A stretch of DNA of 62,973 nt, filler included, from Choristocarpus tenellus KU-1152 (GCA_964200185.2; 13 parts of 13 records of this genome joined end to end with filler, not necessarily neighbours in it), one strand, 5' to 3'; counted from the first letter of the whole stretch, positions 38,501 through 51,157 are shown. A program made the numbers and translations. The notes: generated by a model not told the origin, from the letters alone.

Positions 38501-39640
38501 CCGTAGTCCACCTTTGTCCTAAAATATTTGTGACCTATAGGGCAGTGTATGTCGTAAGGAGAAATGTTGTGCCAACGTTATTACAAGATCAGTTAAGATC
38601 GGCTGTGTACTATTGCAAATTTTGCAACATCATGGTTTCTTGGTTGAACCGTCCAGTAATGTTTTGATCATAATCTTCCACTAATTTTGTAGCTCGATGA
38701 ATAGTTGGCGTAGTAATTCCCTTTTTTACCTCTTCCCAATAGCCTTAACTGATGAGTGGGTTCCTCTGCTATTACTTGGGTTAGGGTTAGGGTCAGGGTT
38801 AGGTTTAGGGTTATCTTTAGCTGTGTTATGATTGAGGGGGGTTACAGAACCAAAAAGCAGACGAGAAGCGCACAGGTTTCGACCGTTTTGCGTTTTTAAG
38901 CCTGTATTTCAATCTTTTTTGTAATTCACCCCTATTTCTATGGACGAAGTCCTAATTTTTTTTTTTACATGAGAGCGCTTATTTCCCCCAACTGGTTCGT
39001 AAATATTCAACAGAATCCGCAGAATAGACCTGTACGCAATCTCTACTAAAAAGAGCCAAATTTTCCACAAGTTCGCCAACATCCTCAAAGTGCAACTCTA
39101 GTCTCCTCTCGATTTTTTTTACTATCAGAGTACAGGTTTAATGGCCACAATAAATCAGAAGAAATGCCTTGCTAGCTCGGCTGAATGTCCCAATAAATCA
39201 CTTTCCAATGGTGCACATGTTCCTCTTCTCTTGTTCTTGTTCCACGTGCCCTAGTCCTCTCAGGCCCGACATCAACTTGGCTGCCATGTAGTGGGAGTTG
39301 TTCAAAACCGGTTCTATACTGATTGTCCCACTCCACACACACCCTAGAATGTGAATGCGAAGTCCATATGGGCATTGATGCCTACTAATATATACCTGCT
39401 TTGTGTATGTATGTATGTATGTATGTATGTGTATTTGTCTGCTGCACATAGACCTCGCCTATGGACATAGTGGTGAACGCATTCAATGATTTCGAGGCCA
39501 CCTCTGGCGACGTCGCCTTCTTACAGACAGCATATGACGGCGGCATGAAGGTGTTTTCCCTCTCTGAAAAGAAGTTCCTCAGCCACCGTCTAGTGGGTGG
39601 GGTCATCGCCATCTCCGCAGGCTACATACGCATGTCCAAG
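35541..39640 (+). CDS. Uncharacterised multi-exon gene (exons 35541-35699, 36051-36300, 36876-37076, 39452-39640); partial
   Basis: Four exons with strong donors (gtaagt, gtgagt, gtgaga, gtgagt) and AG acceptors join in frame (phases 2, 0, 0); the first exon is basic and S/T/P-rich; family not recognised. Confidence 0.65.
38777..38813. repeat. Interstitial TTAGGG-like tract (others at ~2027-2080, 14814-14832, 61215-61260)
   Basis: Direct reading of gggttagggttagggtcagggttagg. Confidence 0.8.
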
Positions 39641-40468
39641 GTGAGTGATAGACTTCCTCCTCGATTTAAGCAATTAGGCAGTGGTGCTTGCTGTGATTGG
39701 CCCTTTTATTCCACTGTCCGTGTTTGTTGGCCAATGGGCACTTCTAAAGGATTGGGGGGGGGGGGGGGGAGGGAAAAGGAGTTGGAGCATTGTCTTAAGT
39801 TGATTAGTTGGACAGCGCATTTTAAGATGTCAACATTTTCTGATTTTAGTGTGCAGGTGAGAGAACTAGTCCTCCTTCAATCCACACCGCCCACAATGTG
39901 GCCAATACATCTACATCTTGTTGCCATGTGGAACTCAAGAACCACTGTACTGATCAAGGTATTTCATAATCAGCCTCTTATCCTCATGCTATCAAATTCT
40001 ACAAGCTCTTGACAACCTTTTTATAAAGAGTTAACTCTTATCCTCGTCTCACAAATGTTTGATTTTAACAGTGCCGCCCTCTGGGTGTGATTCAAACTCT
40101 TTGATCAAGAGCTGGTACTAATAACCACTGTACCAGATGCAAATGCTGAACTATATGCCTGTGAACCCACCCCCCCCCACCCACCACCCCAACCCTCCCA
40201 CCAACCAAACAAGAAAAAAAAAAAAAACAAAAAANNNNNNNNNNNNNNNNNNNNNNNNNNNNNNNNNNNNNNNNNNNNTTAATTAATTAANNNNNNNNNN
40301 NNNNNNNNNNNNNNNNNNNNNNNNNNNNNNNNNNGGGACCCTTATAACGTGCCGCAACATTTACGAAAACAAAACATATCGACACTTTTACCAGGACATT
40401 TTTGGGTCAAACCCATCCTCCATAGTATGCTCCTTCCTCAATTTTGCTGAGAGACTGTTCATGGAGGA

Positions 40469-40647
40469 GACCTAAAGTATCTGGGAAGGGGGGGGGGTCT
40501 ACACAAGGGTGTCCATTAGGGTCAAAATCAGGAAAAGTGCATCTACAGTAACCATCCGACGTATGCAACCAAATCACCCAAAAATTGCGAAATGAAAAAA
40601 ATGACCCCAAATGGACTGTCGCCACCCCCTCACAGATACATTGAGCC
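40469..40647. mobile_element. MITE family B, full length, TSD AGGA
   Basis: TIRs present; agga on both flanks (40465-40468, 40648-40651). Confidence 0.88.
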
Positions 40648-40705
40648 AGGATGGGAGGCTATTGTTAAAATATCACCTGAATCATCCAAATAATAAAGGT
40701 GATAA

Positions 40706-40883
40706 GACCCAAAGTATCTGGGGGGGGGGGGGCGCGTCTACTCCAGGGTGTCCATCTGGGTCAAAATCAGGAAAAGTGCTTTTACATTATCCATCCGACG
40801 TATACAACCAAATCACCCAAAAATGGCGACATGAAAAACTGACCCCAAATGGACAGCCGCCACCCTCCCCAGATACTTTGTCC
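40706..40883. mobile_element. MITE family B, full length, TSD ATAA
   Basis: TIRs present; ataa on both flanks (40702-40705, 40884-40887). Confidence 0.85.
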
Positions 40884-41099
40884 ATAAACCCATGGAGATT
40901 GCTTGATGTTTGGAGAGTGGTTGATTGAAGCTAAGTGGGGCGTGCAGCACCCCATATAAAATCAGAAATATTTCCTTTTATGTGTGAAATGTTCTCATAT
41001 AGCTAATTACTAATAAAAGGTTCTGATAATTTAATCACTAATGATTATTCTCTTACTCCGTATACAGTTTAACACAACTGTTCCATAGAGTTGGAAGAG

Positions 41100-43037
41100 T
41101 CTAATCGAAGTCCCTCCTTAGCTCAAGCAACGTTTGAGAACTGAAAAGAAACCAACTAGCTATTGAACTCACTGGAGAAAGAAATCCAAACACAAAGAAA
41201 GTTATAAATTCAGAGAGAAACAAACCACTAAACATAGTCTGAATTTAGCAAAGCCCTTGCATGCCTCCAAAAAATATTTTTCTGCTAAAGGCTTGGTCAA
41301 CACATCTGCATGGTGCTACTCATCTGAGGTAACGTGAACAATCTTTATTTGTCCATTGGCTACCAAGTCCCTTAGGAAATGATGTCGCACATCTATGTGC
41401 TTAAATCATCCCATAACTCAAAGGGTTGTTATCTAAATGGATGGCTCCTCTGTGTTATCCTCATACACTACACAACACGAACCAGTCCTATCAGGTTGCA
41501 AGAACTCCAACCAACACACCTCGCAGAAACAACAACTCCTTCACACAGTCCCCCATGGCTATGTACTCTGCCTCTGCAGTCGACTGTACCATGACGCGTG
41601 TTGGTTCCAAGAACGCCAAGCAACTGCTGCTCCCCCACACATCACTGCCCCACCCGATACGGAGCGCCTGTCAAAAGTCTCATTGGCAAAATTAGCATCA
41701 TCGTAGGTCATCAAATCCAATCCTGTTCCTTTACGGTAGGTTAGGCCCAACTCTCGCGTCCCTTTGAGGTACTTGAGGATCTGGGACATGGCTCTCCAAT
41801 GTACTTGGCTCAGAGCATGCGAATGACGGGCAACAGCTCTTGCTGCATTAGTCACATCTGACCTGGTCATGTCGCTGACCCACATCAACCCTCCAACCGC
41901 CTCTCGGAAGGGACAATCCTTTGTGACATTTTTCCCCTCCCTAATTCCAAGCTTTCTGGACGGGGCTGCAGGGACGGGAGTGGTTGATTGGATGGGAAAA
42001 CGTTCACACAAGCTGTCAATGTGGTTAGCCTGGGTAATGGAGAGGGTAACACGCTTCTAATCTCTTTTGTAAGTGCAACCAGAAAACTGAGACAACAAGC
42101 CAAGGTTTTTGGTTGGGAACTCTTCATTCAGGGAAGCACAAAGATCATTGCAATCATCACCAGAAGCCAAAACCATCATATCATCTACATGGACGGCAAG
42201 CATCATCTTGACAACACCATCCTTCCCGAGTCTAAATATACACGGGTCAATCAGACACTGCTCAAAACCATTGCGCATAAGGGTGGAAACCAGCTTGGTA
42301 TTCCAAGTCCTAGAGGCTTGCTATAAACCATATAGGGATCTGTGAAGGCATACGGTCGTATAGGAGAAATCTCCACATCCCTGTTGGAGGCACATGTATA
42401 ATTCCTCATCCAAGTCAGATTGAACAAATGCCTGCTGGTCATCTAGGTGCCACAATGTCAAGTCCAACTCATATGCCATACTGGCCATCAGCCTAACTGA
42501 TGAGGGGGAAGGAGTGGCGGCAGAGGTCTCAAAATAGTCAAGATCATAAGAGTGAAATTATCTTAGAGAGTACGAGTTTTGCCCTGTTTGTCCGTTTGGG
42601 GCTTGGCTTCCGATGGGTTTTTTAAATGACATTTTCTACTCCAAAATGTTTCGGAGTAGGTAAAATGTGTACGTTATGAAAAGGTGTGTCTGGAACAAGG
42701 GTATTGGCACTTCCTGACAAATACGTTAACAAAAATTACTTCAAAATCGCCACATTGGATTGTGGCCCCCAAATGGGCGCGGCCCTACCCTCTAATATAC
42801 TTTGGCTCTAATCCTGACCAAAACCCTGAGCTACTAACCTAGCCTTAACCGCATTAAACATTCCAAAAGGACCACTGTTCCACTTGAACGCCCACTTGGA
42901 ACCAATGGCCTTACGACCTAGAGGTACATCTGCAGCACTGAAAGTAACCGTGTCCAACAAACCGTCGAACTTCTTAGACATGGCCTCTTCCCCGGCCAGT
43001 ATTCAGACTTTTGAGTCTCAGCATAAGATTGAAGGAC
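41100..43037 (-). mobile_element. Ty1/Copia retrotransposon relic (RT and RNase H), frameshifted and split by a MITE
   Basis: AMSKKFDGLLDTVTF...GRKAIGSKWAFKW; GFEQCLIDPCIF; LAVHVDDM (YVDD equivalent); FREAVGGLMW..TRSD; YDDANFANETFDRRSVSG; ADVLTKPL. Confidence 0.92.
42550..42808. mobile_element. MITE family A, full length (259 bp), inside the Copia RT
   Basis: TIRs gagtgaaattatcttagag.../...ctctaatatactttggctc; flanks taa/taa. Confidence 0.88.
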
Positions 43038-43038
43038 T

Positions 43039-43276
43039 GAGTGAAAGTATCTTAGGGGATACGAGTTTTGCCCTGTTTGTCCGTTTGGGGCTTGGCTTCC
43101 GATGGGTTTTTTTAATGACATTTTCTACTCCAAAATGTTTCGGAGTAGGTAAAATGTGTACGTTATGAAAAGGTGTGTCTGGAACAAGGGTATTGACACT
43201 TCCTGACAAATACGATAACCAAAATTACATCAAAATCGCAACATTGAATTCTACCCCCCAAATGGACGCGGCTCTA
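43039..43276. mobile_element. MITE family A, near full length (contig end)
   Basis: Near-identical to 42550-42808. Confidence 0.88.
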
Positions 43277-43376
43277 NNNNNNNNNNNNNNNNNNNNNNNN
43301 NNNNNNNNNNNNNNNNNNNNTTAATTAATTAANNNNNNNNNNNNNNNNNNNNNNNNNNNNNNNNNNNNNNNNNNNN

Positions 43377-43570
43377 GGGTTCGCCCTGGTTGGTCATCAG
43401 ATGTGGGGGTGACTGGAAATCAGAGGTGAAGGGGGGTTCGCCCTGGTTAGTCATCAGGTGTAGGGGGTGACTGGAAATCAGTGGCGAAAGAGGTTCGCTA
43501 TGGTTGGTCATGAGATGTAGGGGGTGACTGGAAATCAGTGGCGAAGAGGTCGCACTGGTTGGTGACAAGG
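43377..43570. repeat. ~57-bp tandem repeat, about 3.4 copies, truncated by the contig start
   Basis: Unit ggttcgccctggttggtcatcagatgtgggggtgactggaaatcagaggtgaag. Confidence 0.85.
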
Positions 43571-44199
43571 GTTTTTAGAATATGGGGAGAAAATTGAATA
43601 GGGAGGAATGCAAATGTAGAAATAATAATAATAATAATACAGAATTTGTGACCAAAACAAAACACACAAGTAAATGGTATGTGCTGTTCACTGTATCATA
43701 TGTCTACTGAGAGTTGAAGAAGGTGTGCACTCTTCCTAGCACGAGGTAGTATCAATGACGCAGTGACACAGTGGAATATATGAAGCATGTTATTTTGCCC
43801 TCTTACATTTGCAGAAGATGAGTCAGGGAAAAACAACAGTATCGCCAAGAAAATCGTCGATGACTGACGAAACTCTTTCTCCTTTTTTGTGATAAGGATC
43901 AAGGACTCGGATCTCTAAAAAGTAGGTGACAATGACAACTGTTGGTTGCACACGGTCGTGTTGATGGGACAGCAGTGAGATAGTCAGACAGGAACAAGAT
44001 CAAGGTGAAGAAGCTAGTGATATCAGCAGAGATATACGACCAAGCCTGGAAAGAAATATAACAGGTTTAGCTCAAACCCAAAGCTTGAGTTGGAGCACTT
44101 CACATCAATACCCTAACCAATGTGAGTCATTCATGATTGACCCCAAAGAAACAAGAATAACTAAAAGGACATCAAACAAATCACTAAAGTTTATTTGCT

Positions 44200-45542
44200 G
44201 TACCTTGCCAGGGCCACCAACCCACTCCCTCAGAACTGGAACTACTGGTTACAGCAGCAATTAACCTGGCCCCAGACCCAAATGCTTATGTTACACTAAT
44301 GGAAACAGATGGATTCATCCAAGCCCACATGGCTGAGGTGATCTAGAGATCTGGGTCACAAACGCTAGCCACGCACCTCAGTGAGACGGAGGCCAAACAA
44401 GTTGCCTGACTCTTCAAATCCTGGTCCCTCTCTTCTTGCTATTGGAGCTATTGGACAAAGGTCACTCCCCCCCATCTGGCACAATCCAACATTGAATAAG
44501 CAGACAATACCTCACTGTGGACGCTAGAGAAGATATTGGAGGTAGCAAACTCAGCGGGAACCACCGAATTCTTTGAAGGGGTGTGTGAAAACGTGTCTCT
44601 CCTACTCCTAGAGACATACCAACATGTACAAGCATAGATGCCCACAAGTTCATCGGGGTTGGCTGAATCCTCTATGAAGTATCGCCAGCATGCAGCCTGC
44701 GTAGGATCACTGGTGGCCACTCTCCCCACCTCTTTTGGCAAGTCAAAATGGGCCTCATGGAGAGTCTTTCTCACTGAGCAATCTATAAGAAGAGTCCCTC
44801 CAGAAGACTTACAGGTAATTATTGGCCTGGGCTGGGTGGCCTGGGGGAGGAACAACAACCCCCACTCCTACCCCAGAGGTCCACACTCTGGCAGCCTATG
44901 ATGCCAGGATCACAAGGAGGGTACAGACAAAATCACCCGCCTCCTCAACGGGATCCGCTTCAACTCTTTCCAGATGCAATTGGCCAACCTTTCTGACAAA
45001 GCTAAAGAAGGGAAGGAAAGTTCCTCGCTAGCCCTGGCCCACAACCAGAGTCAGTGTAGATTGTAATTGTATGGACCTCCAGACAGCCTCTGGAACAGCA
45101 CCTTGCCAAATCCCTCCCATAGAGTTTAGAATTACTGCCAGCAGATCCCTAGGGAGGAAGGAGGCCCTACTGAACAGGTGACCAGTTGCTGGGAGCAGGA
45201 GGCAAAAGGTGGATACTAGACATGCTCGTACTTACCCTAGGGCAGGGGGAGAGGACCATCAACCCGCACCAAAGGTGAAGCATGTCGGTCAATTCTGCAA
45301 AGGAATGAGCATCCTTGGCGCTATGGAGGAAGGTAGCCCATTTACAGTGGGTCGAGTTTCCGCATGAATCTGGTTTTCCATGCTGGGGTACTTGTGGACA
45401 CCAGATGAGCCTCGTACCGGGACAAAGGTCTCCTGAATGTCACATCTTCAGAAGTGCAAGCTGTTGAAGTAATTCCCCACTGGAACCGTGGTTAAAGATG
45501 GCCAATTGTGTGCCTTGGTAGAGAGGACAATATGTAGCTTGG
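44200..45542 (+). mobile_element. Non-LTR retrotransposon relic (CRE/R2-like, C-terminal zinc knuckle and restriction-like endonuclease region)
   Basis: GLAESSMKYRQHAACVGSLVATLP and PPIEFRITASRSLG...VDTRHARTYPRAG...SILGAMEEGSPF resemble post-RT and RLE segments of such elements; many stops. Confidence 0.62.
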
Positions 45543-45801
45543 GATTGAAAGTATCTTAGAGGGTACGCGTTTTGCCCTGTTTGTTCATTTGGGGCTTGGC
45601 TTCCCTCGGGTTTTTTTATGACATTTTCCTACTCCAAAATAGTTTGGATTAGGTAAAATGCGTACGTTATCAAAAGCTGTGTCTAGAACAAGGGTATTGA
45701 CACTTCCTGACAAACACGATAAACAAAATTACATCAAAATCGAAACATTGAATTTTGGCCCGCAAATGGACGCAACTCTACCCTCTAAGATACTTTGGCT
45801 C
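45543..45801. mobile_element. MITE family A, full length, TSD TTGG
   Basis: ttgg on both flanks (45539-45542, 45802-45805). Confidence 0.88.
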
Positions 45802-45992
45802 TTGGTGTGAAAATATTTTTGTTGGTGTTGCGGGGTTTGTGGTCTCAATTCCATTGACTGAACTCATGGGGCTCACAACAACTGGTGGCACTAATTACTC
45901 TATTCCTATTGTGGGGTTTGCAATCGTCCACACTTACTATGAATTAGTTGTGTACTTGTCTTCAGTGCAAAAAGCGTACATGGAACAGAACA

Positions 45993-46255
45993 GAGTCAAA
46001 TTATATCAGAGGGTAGAGCCATGTCCATTTGGGGATCAAAATCCTATCCTATGTTGCTATTTTGTAATTTGGGCTATCGTGTTTTTTTGAAGATGTCAGC
46101 ACCCTGGTTCCAGACACACCTTTTCATAAGGTATATACATTTTTCCTACTCCGAAACATTTTGGAGTAGGTAAAATGTCACTAGAGTCCCCTGGGAAGCC
46201 AAGTCCCAAATGGACAAACAGGGAAAAACTCGTCCCCTCTAGGATACTTTCACTC
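45993..46255. mobile_element. MITE family A, full length, opposite orientation to 45543-45801
   Basis: TIRs present; flanks aaca/aata. Confidence 0.85.
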
Positions 46256-46299
46256 AATACAAATGAGTGGACAATAGTGAGTCAATACATATATCACTG

Positions 46300-46700
46300 G
46301 CTCTCCATCCTGTTATCTACTCCACTGGTGGTGTCTATAGTGTATCAGCACCACTAGCCACGAACACAAGCAGCCTCCCATCCGCCCCACTCATCTACCA
46401 GCATTGGTGTAGCTGCACCTCGTTGCTGCAGCTGAGGTGCGAAAGCGCGCCCACTACGAGGGTTCTTTTGACCCTCATAGTTATAATCTCAACTCCTTCG
46501 TGGTGGAAAGTTTTGGGAGCGTCAGATGGAAACAGCCCGACAGGTTCTTCAGACTGAAGGGGGGCGGGAAGACCCACAGGAGGAAAGAAATAAAGAGAGA
46601 GGAGGTAAGAGGGAGAGCAATCAATCAGAAGATCATTCAGGAAAGAGTGAACATGTGGAAAAGTGAATGAGGGGAGGTTGCAAGGTCCCCTCAAACTGGT
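46300..46700 (+). mobile_element. 3' end of an RLE-type non-LTR retrotransposon
   Basis: AAAEVRKRAHYEGSFDPHSYNLNSFVVESFG matches the RLE C-terminal AE..K...Y....F.VE.FG motif. Confidence 0.65.
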
Positions 46701-47157
46701 TTACTTCAAGCAGATGTCGTCAACTTCAACATGTAAATGGCGTATGTCATATAAACGACAGATCTTCAAGATAGGTCACTTTTAAAGGTTTTCCTTCGTT
46801 GGAAGATGACTCTCACACATAGATTGTTGGAAATGACCTTCACATACATATCACCACTAAAATTAACGAAAATATTTCATCCATTAAATTCTCAGCATTT
46901 GAGACATAGGAACGCAGTAATAATAATACAACATAATGTGGAAAGCATGTTTGTCTTTTTCTTATACCGTTATTGCCGTATGCCATATACCGTTATACCG
47001 TGGTACTGAGTGAGGTTCCCAGTCAAGAGTCCATGATTTCACTGACGGACTTTTTCCNNNNNNNNNNNNNNNNNNNNNNNNNNNNNNNNNNNNNNNNNNN
47101 NTTAATTAATTAANNNNNNNNNNNNNNNNNNNNNNNNNNNNNNNNNNNNNNNNNNNN

Positions 47158-48373
47158 CCCCCCCCCCGCCTCCTCGATTGACCCCCCCCTTGGTGTGTGA
47201 CTTTGCCCTGTCCTGTGGCAAGAAGATGGTGTGTCCTTTCAGCTTAGGCATGCAGGCCTTGACTGCTGGGATGACATCCTCGATCATGAGCTTCTCATAA
47301 CTCTCACCGTCCACAGTGCCTGACACAAGCACCTTGGTGCCCTTGGGGTGGTGTTTGCTGGAGTGTTGAGTAACCTTAGTGTTCACGATTGGCCAGATCC
47401 CGGTTTTCCCCATCGAACAACACCCTGTTGGAGAGCTTCCTTGGGCAGATCACAATTGAACATCACCTTCGTAATGCAGCACGTATTCTGTGCCTGTGTG
47501 GGGTTGGGGGGTCCTGAGTGGGGTGGGTGCAGGTGTAGGTACACACACCTTGCCCATCTTTGAGGATGTAAAACCACTACTTGTCCACACGTACCCAGTC
47601 ATACAGATTTTCCACTAATACCTCACTTCCCTCCATCCTGTGCGTGTGACTGATGACAAAAACCTACCCTGTTGACTTTCTGCTCACTGAGAAGGCTGGC
47701 TTAACCCACCGCTTGACCTTCTTGACCTCCTCGCGCTTGCACACACCCCGCAACATGGTAAGGGAGACCCCAGCTTTGGCTGCCTATTTGTGGAAGGATG
47801 TGTGGTGCGCTGATGGGACACCCCAAATTTCAAGGATACTTGTACAGTGGCCGCATCGCCCCTTTCGATGTGGTACGAGGTCCATGCATTCACCCCATGC
47901 AATATGGCCATCATATTCCTTGAGATGGCGAAACACTGTGATTCGGGAAGTTTTGAAGTCCTCCACAATGGCTGCCGCCATGCCCTGATGCATCCGAATC
48001 TCATGCCCTCTCGCCTCCAGGCAACGTACCACCACGCTGTTCTTCTTTGGGGTGTTTGAGTCCTGTCCCGAGATAGACTTCCGGGTGACAACAAGATGAG
48101 TGACCTGCTCGAACCAGGGGGGACCTTTGTCCTAGGCATCCCAATAAACAGCCACTGTGACGTTTTCACAAGGTTTTCGAACCCCCGTCAAATGCAGATC
48201 AGTCAATTTTGCACTGGTGATCCTCCACAGTCATGACAACCCACCATCTCGAAATTTGCATGCCTCCCAATCTATATGAGAACTAAGCCTTGCCCAGAGG
48301 GTTAACACGTGGATTGTTCCTGGGGGAAAGCGGACCTTGCAAAAATGTTATGTTTTATTCTGCATGGAGGAAG
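47158..48373 (-). mobile_element. Tc1/mariner DD39D-type (plant mariner/Stowaway-parent-like) transposon relic
   Basis: HRKGRCG; YDWVRVDK*WFY; ITKVMF; GKTGIWPIV...SSKHHPKGT...LMIEDVIPAVKACMP...TIFLPQDRAKSH. The 5' terminus reads ta|cttcctcc, like the CTCCCTCC TIR at a TA site (48374-48375). Confidence 0.85.
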
Positions 48374-49863
48374 TATACATTTGTGCCCTCTAACATTGTG
48401 CATTTATGCCAGTGGGAAACCACACCTATATCACAAGGACCCTTGTAAAAATAACAGTCATCAAAAATGCAAAAGGGGTATCTAAAAATGATTTAATATT
48501 TGAAAACTATACAACAATGCCCCCTAAATCGTCAGTAACTACAATGCAATGTGTACACTGCTGCTGTGCCTCTAACCTGCCCTAGCCCTACAAAGGTGAG
48601 CAAGGACACCGGGGGAACAAGACTCGTGACTATACTTCAAAGTATGTGTGTGGAATTACATTAAATCTATTGTAGTTGGTTGGTGAACGACCTATTCGTT
48701 CCATGAAAGGTTCAATTTCTAATTGACAATTTACCTGTATCTTGTGCTATTGGATCCAATACATCAAACTTTTTTCTTGGGAACCATTGTACTCCGTTCA
48801 ATATTGAACACTGATGTACAGACATCTGGGTCAATCATCCCAGAAAATTCAGTGGCCTACATGATTTACAAATTTACGTGCTGATCGAGACATGCAGCGA
48901 CTTGTATCTTTTGCAGCTGGTTGAACAAGTGGTCCAAAAGTGTGGGCAAGGCAGAGACAACTTTGAAAGACTGCATTAATCACCATTGACCGGAACAATG
49001 CTTGTCTGTGGAAAGCAAAAATTAGTACAAGTGACTAGGACAACTGGTTCCATCAGGTCTTTATGAGGGCATTATCCAGCGAACCTACAGCACAATCTGC
49101 AAATGGGAAGACTCTGTGTCAATGGCTTGAAGGCAGTCCATGTTCGGAACTATCTAGCGATCTTGAGCTCTGTGAGAGGAAAAGTCATATAAGATCGCAA
49201 TAATGTGCTTATACAATCATTTCAAACAAGTACCGTTTCAGTTGTTCAGAGTCCCTCGCTATTGCTCCCAAAACAACAGTTTGATAAAATGAGTTGAGAA
49301 AAGAAAACAAGAACACCATGGGGATGTATGTGCGTATGTAAAAGTCTACTCCACAAAATCCGGCATGCCTTGACATTCTCCAGGGGTAGAATGTGTCCAG
49401 TTTGCTTCCAATAAAAAAGTGTATCAGCAAGAACTAAGCATGGAAGACCATTGGGGTGGATACAGGTTGATAGCAGAGAGAGAGAGAGAGAGAGAGATAC
49501 TAGTGTTGGAAGCGGTTACCATGGTGCACTGAGTGATGGAAACTAAGGTTGGACCCATTGCAGAAACGTGCCAGGCCTAGTGTAGGAGAAAACTGACAAA
49601 AAAGGCACTCTTCAAAGCTTGGACTAGGCAAGAATATCTTTTCAGTGCATCTTGGATCATCCATCAAGATATACTCGTGCTCTGGCCAAGGCCCCAAAGA
49701 AAACCGCACACAATGCTTGCCTAAAAAAATCGTAATTACAAAACCAAGACAATCCTAGCGAAAGTAACATGGATACAAGTGACATTCAACATCGCCTCGG
49801 AGAGCCTCAGCAAAATGTTCCCAGATTCTCCCCGACCCCCTCTCGCTTGCCCTTGGGGTCTCT

Positions 49864-50058
49864 TCAGTATCCTTGTGGAAGCACCATACTAATCCCTTCA
49901 CGGCTATCTAAGGACATCATTTCAAATGATGAGTCTTCTCGTCCCGATACCTCCTGATAGCCAACCTTTCCCCTGGCCTTGTGAGTCTTCCAGATGTTGT
50001 AGACAACAACAGATGCAATCGCAGTCAATGAGAGTACAATCAAAAGAATGGCCAACAC
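49864..50058 (-). CDS. Terminal exon of a probable membrane protein (TM helix plus cytoplasmic tail with YQEV)
   Basis: Polypyrimidine + cag acceptor; VLAILLIVLSLTAIASVVVYNIW followed by basic residues, GYQEV and a stop. A possible upstream exon lies at ~50625-50676. Confidence 0.5.
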   Translation of the reverse strand: MLAILLIVLSLTAIASVVVYNIWKTHKARGKVGYQEVSGREDSSFEMMSLDSREGISMVLPQGY

Positions 50059-50814
50059 CTGCTTGGAGAAAAATAGAAAGGAGCGCGGGGGAAAAGACAC
50101 CAAGTATGTAGTTCTTGCCACGAGTGCAAAATCTTGGATGATCCTAGAACTTTTGGGCAGGTGTACCTTTCTGTTACTTGCTCTTGACGGAGCAAACGGC
50201 ATGTAAGCTAATACCAAACGTATTTGACGTATGTGTGACTAAAAGGGGCGAAGACTTCGGTCGTGCCATCAGTGGAGCGACGAAATCATTGCAGGCAGGC
50301 AGAGGTTCTCTACAAGCAGGCATTCTATAGAATGATGACACCGATAGGAATGGTGGAAATCGGAGGTCTTGAAAAGGTCAAAAATCAAAACACCGTCACC
50401 ACATACAGGCGACTAAACGTCACAATATGCTGGGTCACCATGATATCATCTCAAGCACCCCACACTTTGGGCCGTGACAGTCACTATCACACTTTAGCAT
50501 ATTTGATAAACAAATGAGAAGCTCTAAGGATGAAGATACCACTGTTGAACGCCCACGCGAAAAACACTACAAGCTGCGTAGAAGCTAGCGCTCAGAGCTT
50601 GCTTCGGACTATTACAAACGCACCTCTGAGTCCTTGAGCTCCTCCTCGATCCCGCGTTGCATCCGGTGAGATTGACTAACCGTGAACCGTTGCGGTGAGT
50701 CCATCACGGAATTTATCAGTCTCCCACCAGATATGGGCCGTGTTAAGTTCAAGTTTTTTTTGTCCACACCCTTGACGTATGCACGGTCAGTTGTCAATGA
50801 ATACGTTACCAAAG

Positions 50815-51091
50815 GATATGGCGCACTTCTTTCTCCACACTATATTGAATATATTGAATTGCTTGATAATGTTTGTTCTGTCACAGGAAGGTGGTCTAAG
50901 TAACCAATCCAAATACCTCAAACACTATGAGGAGTTGTACCGACTTGGGAGGGGACATGGATCATTTTTTCTTCCCCACTATGTTGAATTCCTTGATAGT
51001 TGATTACTCCATCACGCCAACCACATCAAAGTAACCACTCCAAATACCTCAAACACTATCAGGGTTGTACCGACTTGGGAGGGGACATGGA
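50815..51091. repeat. ~129-bp tandem duplication
   Basis: aagtaacca(a/c)tccaaatacctcaaacactat...gttgtaccgacttgggaggggacatgga occurs twice. Confidence 0.8.
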
Positions 51092-51157
51092 AAATTAATG
51101 ATAGAAGAATACACTACAAAACACGCACACATTCAAACCAGTGGTAGCCAAGATACA

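Noticed and set aside
43377-43570. CRISPR-like array
   Set aside because: Contiguous tandem units without unique spacers, no cas genes, eukaryotic context.
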